Shown here piece after piece: positions 40,636 through 49,261 of a DNA stretch of 62,434 nucleotides; the stretch's first letter is position 1; every line of letters starts with the position of its first letter. Location of the stretch: positions 1 through 62,434 of IMG/VR virus record IMGVR_UViG_3300032087_006201. One strand, 5' to 3'. Source of the stretch: a virus. Its lineage: Duplodnaviria; Caudoviricetes. A program made the translations under genes and the position numbers. The notes under the pieces were generated by a model, which was not told the DNA's origin, ran no database searches, and saw only the letters and a program-made list of their open reading frames with translations.

Positions 40636-41270
40636 TTTGCAGCCTCCAACATGGATACAGCCTGTTCATAATCATGCTCTCTCATAATATGATAATGGGC
40701 GTTTAGCCCCCTTAGGAACGGAAAGTGATTAACATCACTATAAAGAATATTAATTTCCGGCAAGAAAGCGCGGAGGCGCCTTTCCAAATATTGCTCATCG
40801 ACAGCGTCGTATGCCGCATATCCATTCAGATTGGCGTAGATTTTAATGTTTTCCACTCGGTTTTCGTGGATGAATTTCAAGGATTCCCACACAACCCCCT
40901 CTGCGCACTCTCCATCACTGACGAGGCAATGAACAGTTATATCAGGTCGAGCCAGTGCTCGACCAACAGCAACTGAAATACCCATGCCCAAGCTGCCGGT
41001 AGAACAGTATATTTTATCGTTGTCATCTTTGTGGGGATGTCCGCCGTGCTTGTTGAATAAGTATTCTGCATCAATACCATGATATTTTTCTAGAACAGCG
41101 TAAAGAGCCAGAGCAGCATGACCGCAAGATAGAATGAAGATATCATCTTGCCCCATATTCGAGAAAATATTATCGACAATATCCAAGCAAGAAAAATAAC
41201 TCCCCAAGTGTGATAAGTTATTCTTGTAGGCGATATCCAAGACTCTTCGTTTCAGTTTTAAATCTTCCAC
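40632..41270 (-). CDS. Transketolase-like subunit, N-terminal ThDP-binding domain
   Basis: SHLGS, FILSCGHAA, GGHP, STGSLGMG, SDGECAEG..WE...NLNG; probable GTG start at 41270 after GGGGAG (track start 41282). Confidence 0.88.
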   Translation of the reverse strand: MEDLKLKRRVLDIAYKNNLSHLGSYFSCLDIVDNIFSNMGQDDIFILSCGHAALALYAVLEKYHGIDAEYLFNKHGGHPHKDDNDKIYCSTGSLGMGISVAVGRALARPDITVHCLVSDGECAEGVVWESLKFIHENRVENIKIYANLNGYAAYDAVDEQYLERRLRAFLPEINILYSDVNHFPFLRGLNAHYHIMREHDYEQAVSMLEAAK

Positions 41271-41992
41271 TTTTCTCCCCAATGCTCCTGAATTAGGATA
41301 TCATAATTTGTCTGCTCTTTTTGAACCTTCCAAGTTGCTTGGTCTTCATGCCAGCGATAGTAAAAGCCAAGCCAAGCTGGTGCTGGATAGATGAAGATAC
41401 CATTATCTGCTAGCCGACAATAGAGGTCATAATCAGCGGCGCCCCCATACTTTTCGGGCTTCGTCTTCAACAAGCCATCTCGATAAAGAGAAGTGTTGTA
41501 CATGACAGTCGGGGTATTTACTGGGCACCTCTCTAAGCATTGGTTTTTAAATTCTTTGAGACTCTTATACGAATGTCCGACATTATTAACAGTCCTACCT
41601 GTATTGGAATGTATGCCGGCGATTGGGCTTTGTAGCGCTAATATGTCATCTGGCTTCGCCATAAAGATTCTCATGTTATTTGCAATAAAATCTTTATGTA
41701 GAAAATCGTCAGAACCCATTACTAGAACATAATCTCCCGTCATTAATTCAAACCCACGAGAGCGAGGCTCATCCCAACAATGTGGATAGATATTTTTTGC
41801 AGATGACATAATGAGGTTTGGAAATTCTTCCCTTACCTTTTCTGCTATTGCCACACTGCCATCTGTGCTCTCATTATCAACAAAGATAACTTCGACATCA
41901 CTATACGTCTGAGATAGGGCTGTGACAAGTGCTTGTTCGATCCACTTCTCACTATTATAACAAGGGATTATGATTGAAACCTTAGGGTTCAT
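41258..41992 (-). CDS. Glycosyltransferase family 2 (GT-A)
   Basis: VSIIIPCYN, FVDNESTDGS, GSDD, ADYDLY. Confidence 0.92.
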   Translation of the reverse strand: MNPKVSIIIPCYNSEKWIEQALVTALSQTYSDVEVIFVDNESTDGSVAIAEKVREEFPNLIMSSAKNIYPHCWDEPRSRGFELMTGDYVLVMGSDDFLHKDFIANNMRIFMAKPDDILALQSPIAGIHSNTGRTVNNVGHSYKSLKEFKNQCLERCPVNTPTVMYNTSLYRDGLLKTKPEKYGGAADYDLYCRLADNGIFIYPAPAWLGFYYRWHEDQATWKVQKEQTNYDILIQEHWGEKWKI

Positions 41993-42896
41993 TATTTAAA
42001 CTCAACAACTTCTTCGCTCTTTGGATATATGTGTGATTGGAGAGTATATTATTGCGATTTTTCATCTTCTCTTGTAAGAGGAGATCATCTGGCATATCGC
42101 AAACTTGCCTTACCATATCAACCATCTCTTTCGGACTTCGTGCCATCTGAATATCTGGAAATAGATTTGGCAAGCAATCAACTTTATCTGATACGATTAT
42201 ACCACAGAGACCAAGGGATTTAAACGTTCGCTCATTTGTGTCGAGACCCAGGGCATGCTGATAGGCGTCGTGTATGTTTATCGCCACTCTGCTATTGGAT
42301 ATCAGTTTGTTCTCTTGTTCGTGGGAGATCCCCCTATTAACGGCAAACCCACATCGTAAGCCCGACTCTTTAAAAGCTGATAGGTGATCTAATATGATCT
42401 TTTGCTTTTCATTAAAGCCGTTATTAGCCCATCCTCCAACATAACACACATCAAAAGAATATTTATCTGAACTTAAATCTTGATAGTTGATTGAATCAAA
42501 AGCCAATGGAACATAATTTACTTGATTCCAGCCGGAATAGAATTGACTTCCCTCTGTTTCAGCAAATGACCATTTGAATATACCTATCGATTGATTGAGT
42601 GGTGTCAATAAATTTGCCGAGACTTGGGAAACAAAATTAGGGTGGGCGCCCCAGGGAGATGGAAACCTATTTGGTTGAACATACAGGTATGCTCGCTTCG
42701 CTCTTCTTAGAGCCTCCACATGTTCTTCGCTTCTTACATCATAGTCAATAGCCATGAGATCATAATCTGTGTCTTGAATTTCTAACAAATCCTTATATAG
42801 TTTGACCTCAAAACCAAGATGCCGCCAAGCTGATTCGTATCCTTTATAGATCCACTTGCCAGCCCCAAAGGGGTGCTCTTTAATGTAAATTCTCAT
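41982..42896 (-). CDS. CgeB/Glyco_trans_1_2-like glycosyltransferase
   Basis: DVCYVGG, SRVAINIH, NERTFKSLGLCG, HTYIQRA. Confidence 0.78.
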   Translation of the reverse strand: MRIYIKEHPFGAGKWIYKGYESAWRHLGFEVKLYKDLLEIQDTDYDLMAIDYDVRSEEHVEALRRAKRAYLYVQPNRFPSPWGAHPNFVSQVSANLLTPLNQSIGIFKWSFAETEGSQFYSGWNQVNYVPLAFDSINYQDLSSDKYSFDVCYVGGWANNGFNEKQKIILDHLSAFKESGLRCGFAVNRGISHEQENKLISNSRVAINIHDAYQHALGLDTNERTFKSLGLCGIIVSDKVDCLPNLFPDIQMARSPKEMVDMVRQVCDMPDDLLLQEKMKNRNNILSNHTYIQRAKKLLSLNNEP

Positions 42897-43816
42897 TTAA
42901 AAATCTTCTCTAATGTTTTTGCCAATCTCACCTCAGATGTGTGCTCTTTGATGTATCGTTCGTGCCCTCTTTCGGCAATCTTCTCGGCAATTGTGACATT
43001 TTTTAATAAAAACTTTATCTTTTCGTTCATTTCTGCGCCGGTTTTAAAGCAGATAATCTCCTTGTCCAAAGTAAAATATTCTTCAATTCCAGGGGTGTAT
43101 TCTGTCACCAGTAGAGAACGTGCCGCCGGAACCTCAAACATTCTACCTTTCATTTGTGGCTGCCCATTTGCCGCATTTTTACTGAAATTGATCCCTATTA
43201 ATGATGAAGCATAGGTGTATGCCAAATCTTCAAAACTTACATTTTTAGGATGAATTATTGGCACGTCAGCGGACCTAAGGGCAGCCAAGAATGCTGCCCG
43301 ATCACCCGCTGGATTTCCCACAAATGCAACCCTTGGGTGCTTAGGGGCGGGTATGGCGCTATAAAAGTCTTCGCATGCATGCCACGTTGCTTCAACAATA
43401 TTAGAATACCCTATCTCTTCATACTTGTTTAGAAACCTTTTTTCCGGTGTTGAACAGACATGAAATAGTTTGCAAACTTTGCTTGAAAAGGATTCAAAGC
43501 GCCACGAATCATCACAAAACCAATTGAAGGTTCTTAGTCTCCCCTTCTCAGTTTCTCTTGCTATTGTTTCCCACGGCTCGCGAGGGCAGTACCCAGCATC
43601 CCCAGTCATCATACAGAATAGCAGATCTGGCTTCTTGGCTTCTACTAGATTGGCTAGTTCTTTATCGCCAGCTATTGAAGTATCGACAAAAGTCACCTCA
43701 TGACCAAGGGCTTTTAATGGAAAATAAAAATTCCAAAATGAATAATCAAATCTAAAATCTTTATCAGTGCCCATGTGTTTTGAAATGCTCTTTGGGGCAA
43801 CTAAGAAAATCTTCAC
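42893..43816 (-). CDS. CgeB/Glyco_trans_1_2-like glycosyltransferase
   Basis: WFCDD, VAFVG, SLIGINFS, MKGRMFEVPA, GHERYIKEHT..R. Confidence 0.85.
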   Translation of the reverse strand: MKIFLVAPKSISKHMGTDKDFRFDYSFWNFYFPLKALGHEVTFVDTSIAGDKELANLVEAKKPDLLFCMMTGDAGYCPREPWETIARETEKGRLRTFNWFCDDSWRFESFSSKVCKLFHVCSTPEKRFLNKYEEIGYSNIVEATWHACEDFYSAIPAPKHPRVAFVGNPAGDRAAFLAALRSADVPIIHPKNVSFEDLAYTYASSLIGINFSKNAANGQPQMKGRMFEVPAARSLLVTEYTPGIEEYFTLDKEIICFKTGAEMNEKIKFLLKNVTIAEKIAERGHERYIKEHTSEVRLAKTLEKIFK

Positions 43817-44658
43817 TATATTCCCAACTCTTTCTTGATAATCAAGGGTATCTCTTCTCGTTTTTCTTGCATGACTGCAATCAGGTCATCACCTCGAAGG
43901 CTAAACCAGGTCTCTTTTGAAGCCCCAACCAAACCATTGGTAACCACCTTCATATCCATCATTCGCGCCTCGACCACTATCCTAGAAAGCGTTTCAGGGG
44001 TTTTTGGCAGAAATATTAAAGATTGGTTTGACCCTAGACGCCTTAAAAATTCTTCATATGGCAGACTTGGAATCAGTTCATACGGGATTCTCTTAATACT
44101 GCAATACCTGATGGCATCTAACGTATTCTTATGTGGAATACTTGATTCCATTATTGAATACTTATCTGCTTTTTCCACCTTACTCATTTCGGATAATAGA
44201 GAAAGCTGCTGCTTTGACCACAGATTTCCACCAAGGCTCACAATATTATCAATACCTAAGTTCTTATGAACTATATCCTTATGAAAAATTGACTGACACA
44301 ATACTGCTGTGGCATTTTGATAAAATTTCTCATTTACCAACTCTTCGGGAGGAGCCACAAAATTAGGGTAAGTTGCTGGATTTCTAGATTTTAGGTACTT
44401 ATGATCGTGCTCGTAAATAATATATTTTCTTGATTGAAGTGTGCTCTTCACTTCCTCAGAGAGATTTATGAAGTTTGCTACAATAAATACACTATCCCTA
44501 GATGCCTCGATTACGCTCCTTGTCACTAAGTGACTTTGCAACTTATGAACAGTATAGCCTTGCGACAAAAGAATTTGTATAAGCTCTTCATTGTTGATTT
44601 CTCCGCCTCCAAGTATTTGCTCTACGAAGAAATCAGCTATGAATACTATGTCACTCAT
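43816..44658 (-). CDS. Putative GT-B glycosyltransferase-like protein
   Basis: GGGE near N-terminus, YEHDH, P..PETLSRIVVEARMM resembles the GT4 E-x7-E motif; likely ATG at 44658. Confidence 0.6.
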   Translation of the reverse strand: MSDIVFIADFFVEQILGGGEINNEELIQILLSQGYTVHKLQSHLVTRSVIEASRDSVFIVANFINLSEEVKSTLQSRKYIIYEHDHKYLKSRNPATYPNFVAPPEELVNEKFYQNATAVLCQSIFHKDIVHKNLGIDNIVSLGGNLWSKQQLSLLSEMSKVEKADKYSIMESSIPHKNTLDAIRYCSIKRIPYELIPSLPYEEFLRRLGSNQSLIFLPKTPETLSRIVVEARMMDMKVVTNGLVGASKETWFSLRGDDLIAVMQEKREEIPLIIKKELGI

Positions 44659-45922
44659 GACTCTCAATGTCTAGGTTAGACAGCCAATTATCAACGTCGA
44701 ACTCTTCTTCTTCATAGACAGCATTGCAGAAATCAGCATACTTCTGTTCAGGGGTAAAGTTCTCCTCCAAGTGGGCTCTCAGGGTATTGGCAAGACCTCT
44801 AAACCGATTAACGTCTTTATAGACTTCTCTGAGTCTATTTTTATAACTGCTCTCTTTTGCATAGCACCACTCAGAGTCAGCCTGGATGACACCTTCCCAC
44901 ACACATTCTTGCGCGACTTGATTCAACTCAAAATCCACCGTTGCAAAGCACGGCTGGATCTTTGTTTCTGCCTTTTTGTTCTTCTTTTTGACCTTCCTGG
45001 GTGCTTGAAGGAAATCTACGTGCCCGCTCCAATTAGGGGCAATGATTGGCAAACCATTGTACGCTGCCTCGAAGAGTGGAAGCCCAAAGCCTTCGCCGTG
45101 TGTTAAAGAAACCAGACATTTAACTCTTGAATCTGTATATAGACCTGTCATCTCCTCGGCACTCATATACCCATGAAGCAAATAAACTTTGCACTTTCGA
45201 TCTGGATATTCTTGTAAGAGATTTTTTAATTTAGAATTTGTAACCTCTCTATCAACCAAGGAATTCTTGAAAAGATTAGTCTTGACAATTAAGCCGACTT
45301 CATCATCCTTAAACTCCTCTACCCACCAACGAATCGTGTTTTCTAGATTCTTTCTAGGACCCCACTGCGAGATTGTCAAAAAATTGAAATCATAATCTAG
45401 ATTCAAATCTAGGTTAGCTGCCTTGTAGGTCCTTACAGGATAATGTACAACTTCGATTGGAGTTGTGCTTTGAAGCCTTACGGTCTTATCTTGTCCTGGG
45501 ATCTGAACATCGTAGATGGTATCGGCAAATGTATCGCGAGAGTGATTTGAAATAGTAATAATCTTATCTACAATATTGCTTTGCTGGATCCATTGTGGGG
45601 CAATCTTTGTTGTCTCAATCCCGGCAGTGTAGCCAATATTAACAGGAGCGATCTTCTGCCATTCATTAGGGATGGTAACTTGCAATGAAATGTCATACGT
45701 ACCCTTATGGTGTTCGTGAAAAGCCGTCTTTCTCACAAGGGCGTCAATCCACCCACGCTCTGAATCGGTGGGCATTAACCAACTACTGTTTCCCCAGTTG
45801 GTGGGCTTAACATAGACATCAAATCGCTCGGGATGAGACATCAAGCTTCTTAGAGCAAACCTGCATTGCTCTCCATATCCAGTTTGTGATAAGGCTGGTC
45901 CTACTACTAAAATCTTCTTCAC
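44651..45922 (-). CDS. Glycosyltransferase family 4 (GT-B)
   Basis: TGYG, PRKN, HGEGFGLPLFEAA..GLPIIAPNWSG. Confidence 0.9.
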   Translation of the reverse strand: MKKILVVGPALSQTGYGEQCRFALRSLMSHPERFDVYVKPTNWGNSSWLMPTDSERGWIDALVRKTAFHEHHKGTYDISLQVTIPNEWQKIAPVNIGYTAGIETTKIAPQWIQQSNIVDKIITISNHSRDTFADTIYDVQIPGQDKTVRLQSTTPIEVVHYPVRTYKAANLDLNLDYDFNFLTISQWGPRKNLENTIRWWVEEFKDDEVGLIVKTNLFKNSLVDREVTNSKLKNLLQEYPDRKCKVYLLHGYMSAEEMTGLYTDSRVKCLVSLTHGEGFGLPLFEAAYNGLPIIAPNWSGHVDFLQAPRKVKKKNKKAETKIQPCFATVDFELNQVAQECVWEGVIQADSEWCYAKESSYKNRLREVYKDVNRFRGLANTLRAHLEENFTPEQKYADFCNAVYEEEEFDVDNWLSNLDIESHE

Positions 45923-47193
45923 GCTACCTCCTCAAAGCTCCAACTTTGATAACCTTTTCTATTTTTCCAAGATCCAAATTCCTCAATAACCTCAGTAAGC
46001 AATTGATCCCATCTTTCTGCAAACTGCTCTGCGCTGTAATTGCTCAGAACGTGATCTCGACCTTGGGATCCCATTTGTTCCCTTTCCTCGCGAGTTAAGT
46101 TATGAAACTCAACAAGAGCATTAATGAAATCTTCCTTGCCCACTCGATCCTCATAGATGTACGGAACGTCCTGAGAACCTATGACTCCCTTAGAAGTTGG
46201 TTCAATTCCGATGCCGAACCAGTTCTCTCCATCAGTTACTTGTTCTTGCAGACCACCAGTCATATTCACTATGATTGGCGTTTCGCACGCTAAGGATTCA
46301 AAGGTCGCAAGACCAAAGCCCTCGGCATCAGAAATGTTGATAGTGCAGTCTGCTGCTGAATATAGCATCGCCAGATGACCGGGAGCCATCTTTTGTGTTG
46401 AGAGCATAACCTGACCATCAGTCAAGCCAAGCCTTTCAAGAATGTGAATCAAGTCTTGACCGTGAGCATCCTTGGGGTCTGTGTGCATAACGAGTCGAGC
46501 ATTGTCGTGCCCAACCTTATCAAGGAATTCCTTAAACCACCAAATAATAGTTCCCGGCATCTTTCGGCGCGCGTTCCTATTGTTCCAAAAGAAAAGTGTA
46601 AAGTCATCGTTTTTGTCTTCCGGAATCTTAAAAGATTCTTGTCGAAAGGAAGAGTTTGCTGCATCTGTCTGCTTCTTGAAGATATCTGTATTCACCATAT
46701 GTGGGATATACATCTCCTTTACGCTCGGCGCAACTGTTTGGACAATATCACTCGTTACTTTTGAGATTGTGGCAACGTAGTCCGTTGATTCGTACCATCT
46801 TCTATTGAATTGTGGGTATGGGTAGTTGTCCCAAACGTGATAATAGACCATAGGAACAGCGTCTCTTACCTCATTTTCGATTTCCCAGAGCCAACCATAA
46901 AAACGAGGATCAGTCATAAACCACAACACATCTGGCTTGTGGCTGACTAGCAAATTACGAATTAGGTCTTGACTTCCGTAGCCATCAATTGGGAAAATAA
47001 CCCAGTCATCCCCATAGGGATCGACCTTGATTGGTTGATAATTTTGGTGCTTTATTGCCCCACCCATACAAATAAAGCGATACTTGCCGGTTGCAAGCAT
47101 CGCTTCGATGAAGTATTTTGTTTGTGTTCCAACCCCGGATGGTGATAAGGGGTGATCTGATAAAATTAAAATCGTCTTTTTGTCTTGTGACAT
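45919..47193 (-). CDS. Glycosyltransferase family 4 (GT-B)
   Basis: SDHP..PSGVG, NRNARRK, AEGFGLATFESLACETPII. Confidence 0.9.
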   Translation of the reverse strand: MSQDKKTILILSDHPLSPSGVGTQTKYFIEAMLATGKYRFICMGGAIKHQNYQPIKVDPYGDDWVIFPIDGYGSQDLIRNLLVSHKPDVLWFMTDPRFYGWLWEIENEVRDAVPMVYYHVWDNYPYPQFNRRWYESTDYVATISKVTSDIVQTVAPSVKEMYIPHMVNTDIFKKQTDAANSSFRQESFKIPEDKNDDFTLFFWNNRNARRKMPGTIIWWFKEFLDKVGHDNARLVMHTDPKDAHGQDLIHILERLGLTDGQVMLSTQKMAPGHLAMLYSAADCTINISDAEGFGLATFESLACETPIIVNMTGGLQEQVTDGENWFGIGIEPTSKGVIGSQDVPYIYEDRVGKEDFINALVEFHNLTREEREQMGSQGRDHVLSNYSAEQFAERWDQLLTEVIEEFGSWKNRKGYQSWSFEEVA

Positions 47194-47195
47194 CT

Positions 47196-47966
47196 TTACC
47201 TACAATATTCAGTGTTATGGAATTCACATCCGCGACAAGATAGTCGGTTCTTGATATGATTCTTTTTCTGTATATTATAGACGGCTTTGTTCAATAGTTT
47301 AAGAGCATTTTGAGTCTTTCTTGGTCCGCTGGTGACCCTGAAAATCTCTACGTGGTTCTTTTTTGCGGTTCTCTTGATCAAAGCAAAATGTGTTTCAATC
47401 ATTTTAGGGTCGATATCGTGCTTTCTGGCAAAATAGTTCTTGTATAGCGTAAGCTGATATGTAACCATTGGATCCGCGCGGCGGCGAGCATCCCAACCCC
47501 ACGAAGTGGTCTTCCAATCCAGAATGTGATATTTGCCGTCCGTGGTCTTGACGACCAGGTCGATAAAGCCCTTAAATAGATATTCAAAGCCCTCCATAGG
47601 CTCATAGAGGCGCTCCTCTGCCGAAACCACCTCATAGTCCCCGAAATACTCCGAGAGGGCAGGAACAGGCATCCCAGCCAGTTCTTTGCCTTGTGTCTCC
47701 ATTTCAGTTACGAGCTTCTGTTCTAGCTCAACCCCATCAGCAAGAAGTGTCTCGATCTCTTTTTCGAAAGTCTCAGCAAAAAGTTGAGCCTCTTCGCCTT
47801 CTGGAAGACTTCCTAGGACTCGCTGCTCACACACCTCGTGAATTGCAGTTCCAAAAGCAGTGTGTTCGCTGCCAATGAAGCCTTTGAGTTTGTCGATATT
47901 TACTAGCTTATGATAATAGGCGCACTTCGCCCAGTTTTTGAGTTCAGAAAATGAAATATGTGGCAT
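47196..47966 (-). CDS. PD-(D/E)XK exonuclease, Cas4/RecB-like
   Basis: ISFSEL...C, FGTAIH, FKGFIDL, ILDWKT, QLTLY, C-terminal CRGCEF....C. Confidence 0.85.
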   Translation of the reverse strand: MPHISFSELKNWAKCAYYHKLVNIDKLKGFIGSEHTAFGTAIHEVCEQRVLGSLPEGEEAQLFAETFEKEIETLLADGVELEQKLVTEMETQGKELAGMPVPALSEYFGDYEVVSAEERLYEPMEGFEYLFKGFIDLVVKTTDGKYHILDWKTTSWGWDARRRADPMVTYQLTLYKNYFARKHDIDPKMIETHFALIKRTAKKNHVEIFRVTSGPRKTQNALKLLNKAVYNIQKKNHIKNRLSCRGCEFHNTEYCR

Positions 47967-47969
47967 TTG

Positions 47970-48299
47970 TTACTTTTTAGTGTCAGGTTGTTTTGAGGTC
48001 CGAGATTTTGTAGCACGCTTTCTGCGTGGCTTCTTTTCAACAATTGGAGATCTCTCTTGTGTTACATTCTTTCTAAATCTCCAAATGCCGTGACAGGGGG
48101 TATCAACATCTTTATTGTTGATTAGCGACCCTTTTTCAAGAATTAGGTCTTTGTGACCCTCTCTCTCCAAGATTCGCCTTACGTCATCATCTCGCAGCAC
48201 TACCTTTGTTGGGAAGTAAAAGTTTCTTCTAGGAACCGTCACTTCACAATATATTTTATCATTTTCTTCACGAATGTCAATAACTATTTGATCCATCAT
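47970..48299 (-). CDS. Hypothetical protein with basic C-terminal tail
   Basis: About 110-aa ORF within the operon; start uncertain (48296-48305). Confidence 0.55.
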   Translation of the reverse strand: MMDQIVIDIREENDKIYCEVTVPRRNFYFPTKVVLRDDDVRRILEREGHKDLILEKGSLINNKDVDTPCHGIWRFRKNVTQERSPIVEKKPRRKRATKSRTSKQPDTKK

Positions 48300-48999
48300 C
48301 TTCAAAATCCACTACTTTTTCAATTTTTCGGTAACAGTTTGGGCTTACTTCCTTAACTTCCTGCTGATTTTGTAGGAAATACGTCTCAAAGCTCTCCGCG
48401 AAGTATTCAGCCATTGATGTCACCCCGTAAGGGGTTAAAAAGAGCCCTTGCGTCAATAAAGAGAGCTTTTCGTAGCCAACGCTCTCGAATAGGAACATAT
48501 CAAAATCTTTGTCATATTCGATTTTCATAAAATCTGCTGGCTCAACTGTGTATCCCTCGCCTTTCAGAAGATAAAACAGCCTTTGCCTTTTTCCTAAAAA
48601 TTCAAGAGCAATCCTATCATCATCGTAGATCTGATTTCCATATGTTTGCTCTACTAGGTGGGCAATTTCATGCACAACATCATCAACAAAATCATCATCA
48701 TTATCTTGTTCATTTGTTATATAAATCGCCCCATCTCGATAAAAGGCGTTAATCTGCCGCTCCTCAAACTCGGGGAACTGACCTACGAACATTGAATCTA
48801 AGCCATAAACTAAATGATATGGAATACAGCTCTCTATCTTTTTGAGACAAAATTCTAAACTAACATTGGAAGGAAGTTTATCTTTAACTAACACGAGAAC
48901 ATTTCCAAACATAGACCATTCTCTATTGTGGTTTATGGCTTTCTTGGAACTCTCAGTTATATAGATGCTGAGATTACGGCGTGTTATGTTGATTTTCAT
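48277..48999 (-). CDS. Putative zincin-like metallopeptidase (HExxH...EYFAE)
   Basis: VVHEIAHLVE and TSMAEYFAESF motifs; probable ATG at 48999. Confidence 0.6.
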   Translation of the reverse strand: MKINITRRNLSIYITESSKKAINHNREWSMFGNVLVLVKDKLPSNVSLEFCLKKIESCIPYHLVYGLDSMFVGQFPEFEERQINAFYRDGAIYITNEQDNDDDFVDDVVHEIAHLVEQTYGNQIYDDDRIALEFLGKRQRLFYLLKGEGYTVEPADFMKIEYDKDFDMFLFESVGYEKLSLLTQGLFLTPYGVTSMAEYFAESFETYFLQNQQEVKEVSPNCYRKIEKVVDFEDDGSNSY

Positions 49000-49261
49000 A
49001 TTGCTGTTTTGTCTCAACGTCACATAGCGCTTGATGGTAGCCTCTTAAAAAGTTTTCCCCAGCAACAGCTAATACAAACTCAGGAAATTCATCCGCAAGA
49101 GTATCAACAATCATCTGGACTGTTACATTGCCGTCTGAGGGGTTGTGCTTATTACCAACATATTCTACGAGCCAAGATTTTAACTCGTTATCGCTATCGA
49201 CTGCTTCCTTTAAATCGGGATTATCCCATACATCATAATTAGAGACTTCTTCTTTTTGCAT
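48974..49261 (-). CDS. Hypothetical acidic protein
   Basis: 95-aa ORF, TAATG-coupled to phoH. Confidence 0.65.
   Translation of the reverse strand: MQKEEVSNYDVWDNPDLKEAVDSDNELKSWLVEYVGNKHNPSDGNVTVQMIVDTLADEFPEFVLAVAGENFLRGYHQALCDVETKQQYENQHNTP

Noticed and set aside
40159-41270. Split transketolase as a pseudogene
   Set aside because: The halves join by an ATGA overlap at a domain boundary and keep catalytic motifs; two-subunit forms are normal in sugar clusters
33356-47193. Bacterial O-antigen locus or chimeric assembly
   Set aside because: No flippase, polymerase or initiating transferase; genes are tightly coupled to phage genes on both sides with similar composition. Read mapping would be needed to exclude chimerism fully
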